A stretch of DNA of 64,000 nt from the NCBI GenBank assembly GCA_951406725.2, contig OX597820.1, positions 30,690,001 through 30,754,000 of the forward strand, in the 5' to 3' direction. Shown here piece after piece: positions 1-12,819 of the stretch. Under the pieces are notes generated by a model, which ran no database searches, was not told where the DNA came from, and saw only the letters and a list, made by a program, of their open reading frames with translations. Each line of letters starts with the position of its first letter. Position 1 is the stretch's first letter. The stretch is from Octopus vulgaris. Lineage: Eukaryota. Position numbers and translations under genes: made by a program.

Positions 1-33
<33 letters not shown>

Positions 34-34
34 C

Positions 35-74
<40 letters not shown>

Positions 75-410
75 GTGCGTGCGTACGTGTGTGAGTGAGT
101 GTGTTCTTGTAGTGCTATCTCGATTGAAACAGCGTAACAGTCAACCAGGCTTGCCAAACGTATTTTGATGAAAGTACCAAAATCACCTAAGTAAAAGTAC
201 CAGATTTTGCTCAAAAAGTATCAAAATTTAAATTTGTAATATTTTGCCTATAAATCAACTGAAATGCATAGTATACATTATTTATAGTATACAGGCCTCT
301 ATCTTAAAGTGATCTACACATATTTAATATACTTACTTTATAATTATATGGTTGCATCGTCAACAGGGTGAGGTTCCTCTTTGTACCAATGTCCTTGTCC
401 GTCTTTTAAT

Positions 411-2540
411 TTAACACCAATCTCTGCATCGGGTGTATAACTTTACATCATGAAGAGGACTTTGTGAATGTAGCAGAGCATTGATTGTTTGGGTATGCAG
501 TTTAGACCTATTCTTGACTTTAATGTTATTAAGGACTGAAAATATTCTCTCGGTTGCAGCTGAAGAATGTGGTAATGATAGGAGTTGAAACATAAAGCAC
601 CATAGAACCAGATAACGAGCTTTATCTCTACATTTTTCCTTAGAAATTTTATATCAATAATCTTCTGGTTTGGTAGCTTCAGTTATGTCATTGTTATCTT
701 GAAGTTTAAGCTCCCTTCATTCTTTATTAAGAGCTTCAGTCTGACTCTCCTGAACAATATTTGGAAATTTGCATGCCAGAGGAACAACCGAACTTGGACC
801 ATTGTAATCACGAATACTAACTGGGTCTAGTACCTCTAGAAGCTTCACATTACGGAAGAAATCATGTTCAAAAAAGCGCTGAAAAAATTCCTTCACAGGG
901 CGCACATAAAAATTTAATGTTTTTACATAAAACTGTTCCAATACAGTTGTACTAATAAATGAACCTTTTTTTATGTAGATGCTTTCAACTTTTGCTCCTC
1001 TGTAAATTTCAGTTATGGGAGGATACACTGATGGATCATTGATGTTAATTTCATGTAGCTCTTTATTTTTCACAATTTATTTTTTAACAAAATTAGCAAG
1101 TATTCCCTTAACAGGATATGTAATAGATTTGTGCAGTTCGTGTATTCTATAGCTTTCTGATTGAAAATTTAAGTTCAACTTAATAATATCTAGCAAAATA
1201 TATGCTAAAAATGCATAATACACCTCTGTGATTGGATTTGTTAATGAGTTCAGTATATTTGAAGCTGCACTGTTGTCTTCAATAGCAACAGTAGTAAAGA
1301 ATAACACTAGAGCAGGCCACTGTTCTCGTATTCTTTAGACAACATGTTCTGAAGATAGCCACTTTGTACAACTTGCATGTAATAATTAGAGGATTTGTTT
1401 GAATAAATGCCTGAAATTCTTCATATTCCTGCAGTCTCTTTGGGCTATTTGAGAGGAATGAATATATGCTTCTAGCAAGTTCTTCTAAATATGAAGGTAA
1501 TTCTGAACATGCCTTTGATGCACAGTTATGCATAGAATAACAAACACAACCCTGAATAAAGAGAGAGGGAACTTTGTTCTTCAGTAATGCCTGCACACCG
1601 CCCTTTTGTTCCATCATTACACTAGCATTGTCTAAGGCAAATCCTATCAAATTTTCAAAAGGAATATCATGTAAGTTGAAGAATCTTTCAAAAGAGGAAA
1701 ATATCCCATTAGAAGAGCAATCCTTGGCTTCCAAAAGAATTAAATAACTATGAATAATTTTTTGAATGCTACAATCATAAAATCTAGACAACAGAACAAG
1801 GTGTTTTTTTTTTTGTACTTACGTCAGTAGTTTCATCAACAATTGATGAAAACGTGCACTCTTTGAAATATTCAATGAGGTTTTCAAAGTAATGTGGACC
1901 TAAAATATTTTTATGTATTTGAGTAGCTTTGGTTCTTGCACATTTAATATCTTTAGCTATTTTGGAATCAGGACATGCATTCTGAATTAGTCCAAGTAAA
2001 TGAGTCATAAGTCTCTCTGGTAAGTTACGTTCTGCAATGAAGGAACAAAGCTTAAGCTCCGCAGCTGCTACGCTTGTAATATGAACAGAAGAAGTTGTAG
2101 GCTGCCAAAAGTCGATCAGTTTTCCACTTTTATTTTCTGAATTAACATTTTTGATATGAAAACAATTGCAGCGTGGAAGGTGTTTATACGCCATTTAAGA
2201 AACACACAAAAACCGTTAGATTCACTTCAACATTTAAATTTAATTTGTCAAAATATTTTCGTCGCTTTGAGACCGCGACCTGTTCACTGACAAAATTCCA
2301 ATGCAGCACGGAAGGTAATTCTGAACATGCCTTTGATGCACAGTTATGCAATTGTTTTCGTTCCAGCACATGATCTCAGATCAGGTCACTTGCTATGCAA
2401 GTACATCTCCGTAATTTTTTATATGTTTATCCGTTTTCCCGTGCCTCTCCAGATGAGTTATACTGCCTTAAATTCCACAACGACAAAATTTGGAATACGC
2501 TCATTCGATATTTGCTTTACTTGGTTCTAATCATGATGAA
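411..2540 (-). pseudogene. Frameshifted hAT transposase (BED-finger/ZNF862-like type)
   Basis: Consecutive minus-strand ORF pieces: SIVDETTDVS (first catalytic D), GFALDNASVM (second D), CVCYSMHNC (degenerate CxxH), LSLPHSSAATERIFS (hAT dimerisation domain with catalytic E). Multiple stops and frameshifts. Interrupted at about 2158-2359. Confidence 0.9.
2244..2294 (-). ncRNA. Minimal type I hammerhead ribozyme motif, G3:C8 core variant
   Basis: Minus strand reads UUUGUCA-GUGAACA-G-GUCGC-ggucucaaa-GCGAC-GAAA-AUAU-UU-UGACAAA: 7-bp helix I, 5-bp helix II, palindromic helix III (AAUAUU), NUH = UUU. Confidence 0.7.
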
Positions 2541-2884
2541 AATCGAGAATCCAATAAAAGTTTATTTGATAATTTATGATTATATTGTTAATTCTTTTCT
2601 TTCATCACTATCTTTCGTTTTCTTGCTCATCGCGAGGGTTATAGATCACTCATAATTGATAAAAGTTTAACGAGATAGTAAGGAAGCACTTGTCACTTAT
2701 GTATAAAACATGTTACTGACTGGCATTAGAGACAGCAACTCGGTGATATTGGATGGTACGTACGATGCACGTATGTACTAACTAGCTACCAATTAGATAT
2801 AAACTGCCTCGTTATAAAATGTCGCAAAATATATTTTGATATAAGATCGTTAGTCCATTTGTAATGTAATGTTCGCTTACATAT

Positions 2885-3167
2885 CTTCTTTCTTGTGCCC
2901 TTTTTCAAGCCTAGCCAGGCTCATGGGCCGGGTTTCCCGGTTTCTATGGCGTATGTGTTCCCCCCAGCTGGACGGGACGCCAGTCCATCGCAGCGTTACT
3001 CAAGAAACAGGAAGAAAGAGTGAGAGAAAGTTGGGGTGGAACCTCGTGGAGCTTTAGGTGTTTTGTTTTCGCTCAATAAACACACACAACGCCCGGTCTG
3101 GGAATCGAAACCCCGATCCTCCGACTGCGAGTCCGCTGCCCTAACCACTGGGCCATTGCGCCTCCAC
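2885..3167 (-). mobile_element. tRNA-derived SINE (family C head GGAGGCGCAATGGCCCAGTGG) nested in the hAT element
   Basis: Reverse-complement A/B-box head at the right end. TSD TTCGCTTACA at 2872-2881 and 3168-3177. Confidence 0.85.
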
Positions 3168-4239
3168 TTCGCTTACACATGCTGTAAACTTATTTTTTTA
3201 CATAAAACGAAAAGATTTGAAAAAAGTATTAAATTATTGCAGCGTAGTACCAAAAGTACTACCGTACACTAAAAGTACAAAATTTGGTACAATAGTACCA
3301 GGTTCAGCAAGCCTGCAGTCAACCGATGTTTAGAACTCCATGTTCATCTCTGTAATTGCAATTTCCAGTCAATTTCAACCAAGTACTGAACGTTATTTGC
3401 CCTCCGACTTTCCTTTGGTATTGCGTACATTTAAATAATTTACTGAGTGTATATCCGAAATCAGAACAACGCCGGAGAATTAGTTTTAAAACGTTTTCTA
3501 CGACAGAATGAATTTCCAAATTTTACAATAACGACCATTATAGATCTGGTCCAGAGAACCACATCTACCTGAACACGCTGTATGACATAACCTACCAGTT
3601 ATTTCGCACGACTTGAAAGCAGTGTTAAAAATTTTGACACAAGCAAAGAATTCAACAGTGTCTCATACGGGAACTTCGCAACGTTCCTTGACTCTGAATT
3701 CGATCCGCCTGTCATTGTAATGTAGAAAAGACAGAAAGGTAAAGTATTAGAGGTTAGGGATTCTCTGTGAGTGATTTTATGCAATCAATCAAGTGAAATT
3801 TCACTGCAATGTGGGCTAGGATGTCTCTATATGCAAATTGTATTGTCGTACCGTCAATAAACCTACTTTGATACACTAGTGCTGAAGTTTCTAGAGAAGT
3901 ATGTAAAAGGCGATACTCCCGCATGGCCGCAGACTGAAACAAATAAAAGAATATGAAAGTTTGTGCCACATGATTTTTAAAAAATCAGTAACAAATTTAC
4001 CTATACGCTTAACAGGCTGAAATTTGACTCTCAAATCAAAAGGACTTCAGACAAAAGTATATAATATTTTTCACATTGGGAATGGCCTTACAAGTATAGT
4101 CTTGGGCACCGGGCCTCTCCTCATCTATATCCGGTACTGTTGAAGATACATTGTGCTACCTTAAAATTTGTGCTGTGTCTGCTAATAGAGGAATAAGAAA
4201 ATCGAGTCACGGTGAGTAAATTATTAATGAACAGACATG

Positions 4240-4600
4240 AGTGTGGAAGACTAATCGAACCCTGAAGTACGCCAGTGTTCTTATAGTGTGTATCGGAGAG
4301 AACCTCTTCGACCCATACTGCAAAAGAGGAACGTTCTGACTGGAAACTTTGATCTGAGAGATGACAAGCGCATAGAACTAAGAGCCAAGGAACGTTACTA
4401 AGTTCTCGTACAAGACACTATTGACTTCTTAAAATTTTAGAGACTGCTTTCAAGTAGTGAGAGGTTTCTCAAGTAGATCTCATGCTCTTAAACCTATACA
4501 GGTCGTCACTAAGAAAGCAAGGAGATCCGAGGCGATGAAGGAGGTCTGAGATCGTGAGAGATATGTAATTGGACAGATTAGAGAAATTATCCGACTTAGG
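4240..4600 (-). pseudogene. Highly decayed CR1/L2/Jockey-group LINE reverse transcriptase fragment
   Basis: Minus-strand pieces PKSDNFSNLSNY, FLSDDLYRFKSMRST and NTGVLQGS resemble RT motifs PK..NYRPISL, Q.GFR..RST and GVPQGS. Confidence 0.55.
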
Positions 4601-5340
4601 TAAGTGATACAGATTCGTTTCCGTCTAACCTTTTAATGCTTTTAATGCTTGCTGCCTGCGATAAATGTTAACATTAACTTAACTGTTGTTTTTCTTGCAG
4701 ATGGTGTCCCTCAGTCATTAACTCTCGAATCTGTTATGTCAACTAGTGTTGCTGGCTAGTACGTTAAAAGGTATGCTTTGCTAATGAAATTAGAATAATA
4801 CTGAAACATGTCTAGCATTATCTCCCATACTTGCTGAAATAATTAAAATGATATTAATAATTTTATTTCTTCCTCTCTGCGCAATTATTTCTAATCAGGT
4901 TTTTGATGCTCATTAAATATCTTAACACTAATTAACTAGCTACATATTTGCATAGTTTTCTATAGAGAAAAACAGCTAAGAGTCTCATGTGAAAGCATGT
5001 ATGGGAGAGAGAGGCGGGAGAGCAAGAGAGATGGGTCGATAGAGTGGGGGAAGGAAAGGTGAAAGAGAGAGAGCGAGGGAGAAAAGGTAGGGGGAGAGAG
5101 GAAGGTAGATTGAAAGGCAGAGAGAAAAAGAAAGTATGTGTGTGTATGTGCATGAGTGATGCGTGTTTGTCTGCGTGTTCGTGTGTGTTTTGTATGTGTG
5201 TATGTGCATATATGTTTGTGTATGAGTGTGTTTAAGAGAGTAAGTGCAGGAATTTCTTTTTGCTAAGAACTAAAATTCCATCAATGAGAGAAAACAGTGG
5301 GTAGCTGAAATAATAAGAGACCAAAGTGTGCGTACGCCGT

Positions 5341-5379
<39 letters not shown>

Positions 5380-5488
5380 GGAGAGAAATTTTCTTTAAGT
5401 AGTGGAAACGGCTAAAAAAATTTTTTGGGGCTGCTATTTCTACTAAGTTCAGTATGTGGCAAAGTAATTTATTTTACTAAGCCCTAAT

Positions 5489-5536
<48 letters not shown>

Positions 5537-5539
<3 letters not shown>

Positions 5540-5609
5540 ACAAAATGGGACAAGAACGCAAAACATCCTAACTCTCCGGATGTTTTGCGTTCTTGTCCCA
5601 TTTTGTATT
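5537..5609. repeat. Perfect 32-bp inverted repeat with 9-nt loop
   Basis: AATACAAAATGGGACAAGAACGCAAAACATCC at 5537-5568 with its exact reverse complement at 5578-5609. The same terminus starts dispersed repeats at about 54340 and 60046. Confidence 0.95.
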
Positions 5610-6787
5610 TTTTCATATATATATGAAACAATAACGTCTTTCTAAGACATTTTTTTCTTTTACACCATGACAGAAGCAAAATGTCTTCAAACATAAATAA
5701 AATCCAGGTCGTTAGCTTGACCGGGTCAAAAGGTTGTCACTTAATCTATAGATCTTAAGCTCTACAAGTACACTGTTAGATTTCGGCAAATTTCACTAGT
5801 TTAACAATACACCTGTATGCATCAAGGCACATTTTTCTTTCTAACTATCATTTTATCTATCTTCCTTTCTATACTTGTAATAATTGGATATTTCCCTATC
5901 CATCTATTTATCATGTATTTATTTAACATGCATCTGTCTCTCTACCTGTTTGTCTACCTGTCTGTCTACCTTTTTGTCTCTTTATCTGCCTCTACATTCA
6001 ACTTACCTATCAATACTTATCAATATTTCTAATTATATTCCCTTCTCCCTCCCTCTTTCCCTCACTTTCTCTCTGTCCTTCCCTCTCCCTCTCTTCCTTT
6101 CGCTGCTTTATTTTTCTCTTTATTTTTTTTTTTACATATTTTCTCCTCTTGTCCACATTCTCCAGTAACATTACTACGGCTATCAGAACATCGCCTCCAT
6201 CCCTGACCACGGGATATCTCGAGCCAACAAAGGAAGAAATCTCTATGTGGCCACACGATTGGCTGCTAGAAGTAGCAGTCAAATCCCATTCAAACAAATC
6301 CCTATAACTAAAAAAAGTGGATGAATACATTGGATTTGCTAGATAAGAGGGCCAGAAAATCACGTCTTGGATGGATGTCGTTAGAACGATAGAAATTCAA
6401 CAAAAAAAATATTTTTTAATAAAAAATCGATCAGAGGAGTACGCGATGAAAGAAATGTGCGAGTTTCGTCGCTCATTTCTGGAATGTGAAGCATACTGTA
6501 GGGTAGCCAGGGTCTTCAGAGCAAGGGCAAAAAAAGAAAAAATGATGCCTCTAATTTAATTGAATGGTATGATCAGAGAAAATTATACCTCCCTTCAAGC
6601 ATGCACCGGGAGTGGGGTTGACTACCCTTTGCTTCTCCACCGCTTCTAACATTTCTGAGAAAATATACTCACTTAATACAACTCACACCAGCGAGGGGGC
6701 CTCTGTGACAGGCATGGGCAATCTTTTTCGAGATGTGGGCCACATGAGATAGGGTTCAACGTTAGGTAGGCCGCACCACTAAAACTA

Positions 6788-7547
6788 TTGGTTTCAAATT
6801 TTGCCACAAGGCCAGCAATTTCGGGGAAGGGATTAAGTCGATTACATCGAATCAGTGCTCAACTGGTACTTATTTTATCGACCCTGAAAGGGTGAAAGAC
6901 AAAGTGGACCCCGGCAGCGGAATTTGGACTCAGAACGTAATGACGAGCAAAATGCTACTAAGAATTTTGCCCGACCTGCTAATGATTCTGCCAGCTGGCT
7001 GCCCTGACTGATCTCATTATTGGTTTCAAATTGAAGGCGGCAAGCTGGCAGAAACGTTAGCACGCCGGGATGAAAGGCAAAGTCGACCTCAGCGGAATTT
7101 GAACTCAGAACATAAAGACAGATGAAATTCCTTTTTCTTTATTGCCCACAGGGGGCTAAACATAGAGGGGACAAACAAGGACAGACAAACGGATTAAGTC
7201 GATTACATCGACTCCAGTGCGTAACTGGTGCTCAATTTATCGACTCCGAAAGGATGAAAGGCAAAGTCGACCTCCACGGAATTTGAACTCAGAACGTAGC
7301 GGCCGACGAAATACCTATTTCTTTACTACCCACAAGGGGCTAAACACAGAGAGGACAAACAAGGACAGACAAACGGATTAAGTCGATTATATCGATCCCA
7401 GTGCATAACTGGTACTTATTTAATCGACCCCGAAAGGATGAACGGCAAAATCGACCTCGGCGGAATTTGAACTCAGAACGTAACGGCAGATGAAATACGG
7501 CTACGCATTTCGCCCGGCATGCTAACGTTTCTGCCAGCTCGCCGCCT
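6788..7547 (-). mobile_element. Cluster of SINE family B (head AAGGCGGCGAGCTGGCAGAAACG), tandem and partly inverted
   Basis: Minus copies at 6788-7001 and 7069-7547 (tandem body units), plus a + strand head fragment at 7034-7068. Body GACTTTGCCTTTCATCCTTTCGGGGTCGATAAATTAAGTACC resembles the Deu/Nin SINE domain. Confidence 0.85.
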
Positions 7548-8279
7548 CTCTTTGTTCTCATTCTCACCACACCAAGTATGTCACCTCTGACCGCTCTCTT
7601 TGACCTTTTTTTCTTTTTTACTGACTTAGATTTCACTATTGTTACTAAGTAGCAACAATGAAACTACAATAGTTACTACCACCCAGTGACATAGCTAACA
7701 GGGGAACAAGGGGAGTGACCACTCACCCGAGCACATTTTTCAGAATTGATGCCCTTTCACCTGTGTGATAAAAGTTGAATCTCTCTTTTTTTGCTTCTTT
7801 GTTTTCCTTAATCGCATGGCTTTGGAAGAATTTTCTCAAGTTATTACTTTATTTGACCGCCTTCTCTCGTTTTTTGGCTGTCTTCTCAATCTCCTGTGAT
7901 GTGCTGGTGGCCACTGACATCTGAAGAACCAAAACAAACCCTGACATCATAAACCTCTTGACACCGGACGATCATATGGAGTTTCATCTTTTTCAGGTCA
8001 CACCTATATCAGTAGTTGTAAGTTTCATGCATAATTAATTACATTGTTAATGAAATATGAAATTAATGAATGTAGAATAAAATTACGTATATCATAACTT
8101 ATGAAATATTTCGGGTAATATAAGAGAAATGGGTTAAAAATTGTTTGGTGTGTATCATGGTGCTCTTTCTTATGTGATCGTTCCTCTAACTTGGCTACAC
8201 TTATACTACCACCATCACTATCACAGACACTAAAAACACTACAATGCTACAATACTACAGCCATCATCACTAATACTCC

Positions 8280-8506
8280 GTGTGTGTATGTTTGTGTGTC
8301 TATGCTTGTCCCATCCCCCCTCACTCAATATCGCTTGACAAACGATGATGGTGTGTTTACGTCCTCGTCACTTAAGCGGTTCGGCAAGAGGAACCGATAG
8401 AATCAGTACTATGCTTACAAAGAATAAGTCCTGGAGTCGATTTGCTCGACTAAAGGCGGTGCTCCATCAAGGCTGCGGTCAAATGACTGAAACAAATAAA
8501 AGAAAA
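8280..8506 (+). mobile_element. SINE family A, 3' half
   Basis: CGCTTGACAA..GGTGTGTTTACGTCC...CTAAAGGCGGTGCTCC...GACTGAAACAAATAAAAG, shared with many copies in the window. Confidence 0.85.
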
Positions 8507-9430
8507 GAATCAGTAAATTAGGGCAGGCCGAATGGGGGTTGTTTCAAAAACATCCGTACTTTGAAGCTCTCATTGAAATTGGTAACTCTCAACCAGAATA
8601 ACACCGGTGACATATATAGAAAGGTTCTTTAAACAAACTACTGATTGGTTCAGAAACTCCGTCATTCGCAGTAATTAACTCCAGTTACTTCTTTCGATGT
8701 GCCTGCCGAGGAGAGGCCTCTGCTGATATTTATGTTTTTTACCCGGGTAAAATTATGTGTGACCTGGTTTTGATAACAAAACTCCGTAACTATAACCCAA
8801 ATACACGAGATTTTTAATTGTTATTCACTTGGTCACAACGACCTTGTTTACACACATCAGTTGCTACACACACACTGACAAACACACATATACACACACA
8901 CACATACACTCAAAGGTATACACATTTTATTCTATATATATGTATTATTTGCTTCTGAAGGTGCAGTATGGTCGATTGGTAAAGAAATTCGCTTCGCAGC
9001 TATGGGATTCCGGGTTCATCCTACTGAGTAGCATCTTAAGCAGATGTCGTTTTTGATCGTCTCGGATCGACTATTACTTTGTGAGTGAATCTAGGTTGAC
9101 GAAAACTGAATGGAAGTTCATAGGATGGATTGTATTTGCGATTTAATGATCCAGTTTTGTCACATCGTTTCTCGTTGAGAATCACATTAAGAGTACATGT
9201 GGCTGGGGAATACTAAGACACGTGTTAATTCAGTAAGTAGGTAATTCAATTGATCGAATATCTGAATCTTCATTATCGAACGAGGAAGAACCATCCATCC
9301 ATCCGTCCATCCATCCGTCCATCCATCCATCCGTCCGTCTGTCCGTCCATCCTCTATCCATCCATCGATCTACCCATCCATTTAGCCATCCATCCATCCA
9401 CATGTGTATATGTGTGAGTACATCCTGATA

Positions 9431-9818
9431 GTGGAGGCGCAATGGCCCAGTGGTTAGGGCAGCGGACTCGCGGTCATAGGATCGCGGTTTCGATTCCCAG
9501 ACCGGGCGTTGTGAGTGTTTATTGAGCGAAAACACCTAAAAGCTCCACGAGGCTCCGGCAGGGGATGGTGGTGATCCCTGCTGTACTCTTTCACCACAAC
9601 TTTCTCTCACTCTTACTTCCTGTTTCTATTGTACCTGTATTTCAAGGGGCCGGCCTTGTCACTCTCTGTGTCACGCTGAATATCCCCGAGAACTACGTTA
9701 AGGGTGCACGTGTCTGTGGAGTGCTCAGCCACTTACACGTTAATTTCACGAGCAGGCTTTTCCGTTTATTCGGATCAACCGGAACCCTCATCGTCGTAAC
9801 CGACGGAGTGCTTCCAAA
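9431..9818 (+). mobile_element. tRNA-derived SINE (family C head), full length
   Basis: A-box TGGCCCAGTGG and B-box GGTTTCGATTCC. TSD ACATCCTGATA at 9420-9430 and 9819-9829. Confidence 0.9.
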
Positions 9819-11399
9819 ACATCCTGATAAGTTTATGTATGTATTCTAAAGTGCAACCTCTGTTGAAAATTTATTAAATACCGATGATTAAGACATTTTA
9901 CAGAATTACTGTTTTAACAGTAAAAAAAAAAAAATCCGCTTCCGTTAATTCATAATTAGCTACACTGAAACAGATTCAAGGCTTTCTGCTTCAGAGGAAC
10001 TATGCTTGGCAATTGAAAGTATATAACTACAGTTATTTCTGTGTTAATTTAGCAATCAGTATATACGTACTGATATATATCACAAAACCTCGCTAAGCTA
10101 AGTATATATTTATATTTAAGATCTTTAAATTTTAATATTTTATAAGTCTTATGGTGTAATAATATTGTTTTTTATGTAAATATCGTTGTTTATGTAATGA
10201 TCTAATTATCGTAATTTTCTATAAAAATATTAGATATTAACTCTAAGTTTATTCGTAAGAATTTACTTAGCGATAGATATGTTGTTTGATAGCAAATATA
10301 CGAGTTGTTTAAAGTTAGGTTTATGTATATAGATGTATTAATAGCATTAATTGTAGTTTTAAATTTCTTATAATTATTATTTTAACTTATATATTATCTT
10401 TTTAAATTGATATTTGCTAGGTATATAATTCCCTTTGATAAATATATTTATAGTATTTATTTGATACTATATTACTACGAATTGATTATTTCTTTAAGTA
10501 TTTAAATATAAGGTTTCTGAAAGTTATTATTTAGCCAACGAGATGTAAAGATAGTTAATTTGCTATAGTGTTCGTTTAAGATTGTTTGTTTGTATTTTTG
10601 AAATTAGCTATTTCATCTTTAAATATGAAAAATTAATTTATTAGGTCTTTATTATATGTGCATATATATCTATTTATAGAGATTATTTTAGATCTTAATT
10701 ATAATATTTATATACATTTATATATTTTCATTGATAATTTATATATTATTTCAATTTTATATTTTTAATAATGTAATAGTTTTTTTTTGTAAAATATTTA
10801 TGTAATTAGATATTAACTATTACTGATATTAGATTATTGGTGGGTTTCTTACCTTAAAAATTAATACTTAAAAATTAAAATTAATATTTAACATTATAAT
10901 CGATGTTTTGATATAATCATAATCGTTAAGTTTCTAGTTTGATAATAGAGTTTTTTATAAGTAAAATTATTATATTATTTATTTATTAAAAATATTGTTT
11001 AAATATTTCTGATTATTTATTAAAATATTACAATTAACCTGAAGATTGGTTGTAACCATAATTCGAATTATTAATTGAATTTAAATTATTGTTATACGAA
11101 TTGGCTACGGGCATGAAACGATCGTAGTGTTTTTACTCTTTATCTTATATTAAACTTTTAATACTTTTTGATAGTTATATAATTAAAATATATATATATA
11201 TATATATATATTTAAAATTTATAAGTTTAAATTATTTAAATATTTTTTTATATTTTAACTTTAATTTAAATATTTTAATTTGGAATTCTATATTTTTTTA
11301 TATTTTATATTTATTTTAATTAATTTTATTTCTATGTATTGGCTTATGATTTTCACTGTTTGATTTGCCTAATAGTGGTTTTATCTCTAATTTAACATA

Positions 11400-11532
<133 letters not shown>

Positions 11533-11939
11533 ATAAGGAAATTAATATCCAAACTCCTAATAAAGATATACCCGTGTGAAAATAGCTACTGTATTAAAAT
11601 TATATAAATAAAGAAATATAAATATATATAAAAAATATATGGAAATATGTATAAGTATAAATATAATGTATAAATATATTCGATAGTATAAAAGTTTTGA
11701 ATCAATTATTTAAAGCATCTTACGATCGTTTCACAGAAGAGTTGTCCCTATAATGAAATCCTTTATTGATAAGAATTTATAGACAACGCTTCTGCTCTTC
11801 AGCGATATAAAATATGAATATTGTTTAACATATCGAATGATAGCTTTTTTTAAAATTTGAAGTAAAACTGTAAAATGGTGTTTGTTATAAATATAAATTA
11901 AAAATTAAAAATTACCTCTTTTGAAGAGAGTCTTTAAAT

Positions 11940-12001
<62 letters not shown>

Positions 12002-12005
<4 letters not shown>

Positions 12006-12317
12006 GAGGGAGCAGAGCAGATGCTAGAAACTACAGGTCCATCTCTCTGATCTCACGTGTTAGCAAGACAATGAACGCATTGTCAGAAAAAGGCTGATCA
12101 CGTTCCTAGAAGAAAACAACCTTCTCACAAACACGCTTCCGTCCAGGGAGGAGCTGCCCCACACAGTAACTCCAGCACTTTGACTTGGTACTGAAGCAAC
12201 AGCTAAACCAGTCAGCTGTAGACGTGATATACCTCGACTTTGTCAAAGCTTTCGACAAGGTTGATCATGGCATGATATGTCACAAGATGCGAAACCTTGG
12301 TATCACCGGGAAACTAT
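12002..12317 (+). pseudogene. CR1-type LINE reverse transcriptase fragment
   Basis: KGGSRADARNYRSISLIS ... VDVIYLDFVKAFDKVDHGMICHKMRNLGITGKL, frameshifted. Confidence 0.85.
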
Positions 12318-12786
12318 CTTTCACGCACACCCACACACGCACGCTCACATAAACGCACATCCACATCCGCCCATTCACACACCAGACTGCCCCGACTCAC
12401 TATTGACCAATCCATCTACGCACACGTGCTAAAACACACATACATGCACACACACGCACACAGACTACTCACACACGCACATACACACACAAACACACAC
12501 ACAGAGTTACCACCATACGCACGCACGCTACCATGAACGCACACACACTCAGTTACGGCCGCTCACACACACGCTACCGTACACAACCCACACGCTATCA
12601 CACACACACACACACACACACGCACACATACACACAGATGCCAACCATTGTTCACACTTTCGTGCCCTAGAAAGCACTTTCTCTTTGTCTATCTACTTCC
12701 AGTGATTCCAAAATGTAACTATACGTGGACTGTCGGCGATTTTTTTCCTCTGTCTTCCTTTTTCTTTGGACTTCCTCTGTTTCATA

Positions 12787-12819
12787 TTTCCGAAGAAGAG
12801 CTATGCTCGAAACGTAAAA
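12787..12819 (+). ncRNA. Degenerate minimal hammerhead motif in a Penelope-type terminal repeat
   Basis: UUU-CCGAAGA-A-GAGC-uau-GCUC-GAAA-CG-UA-AAA. U4>C in the core and only 3 bp of helix I. Confidence 0.5.

Larger units (their letters stand above)
146..3315 (-). mobile_element. hAT-superfamily DNA transposon, full length, decayed
   Basis: TIRs CAGGCTTGC(caaac) at 146 and (gttca)GCAAGCCTG ending 3315. Perfect 8-bp TSD CAGTCAAC at 138-145 and 3316-3323. Repeated subterminal AAGTAC motifs at both ends. Transposase remnants inside. Confidence 0.93.

Noticed and set aside
9431-9505. tRNA genes at SINE heads (also 36688 and others)
   Set aside because: The A/B boxes continue into SINE bodies with tails and TSDs, so these are not stand-alone tRNAs.
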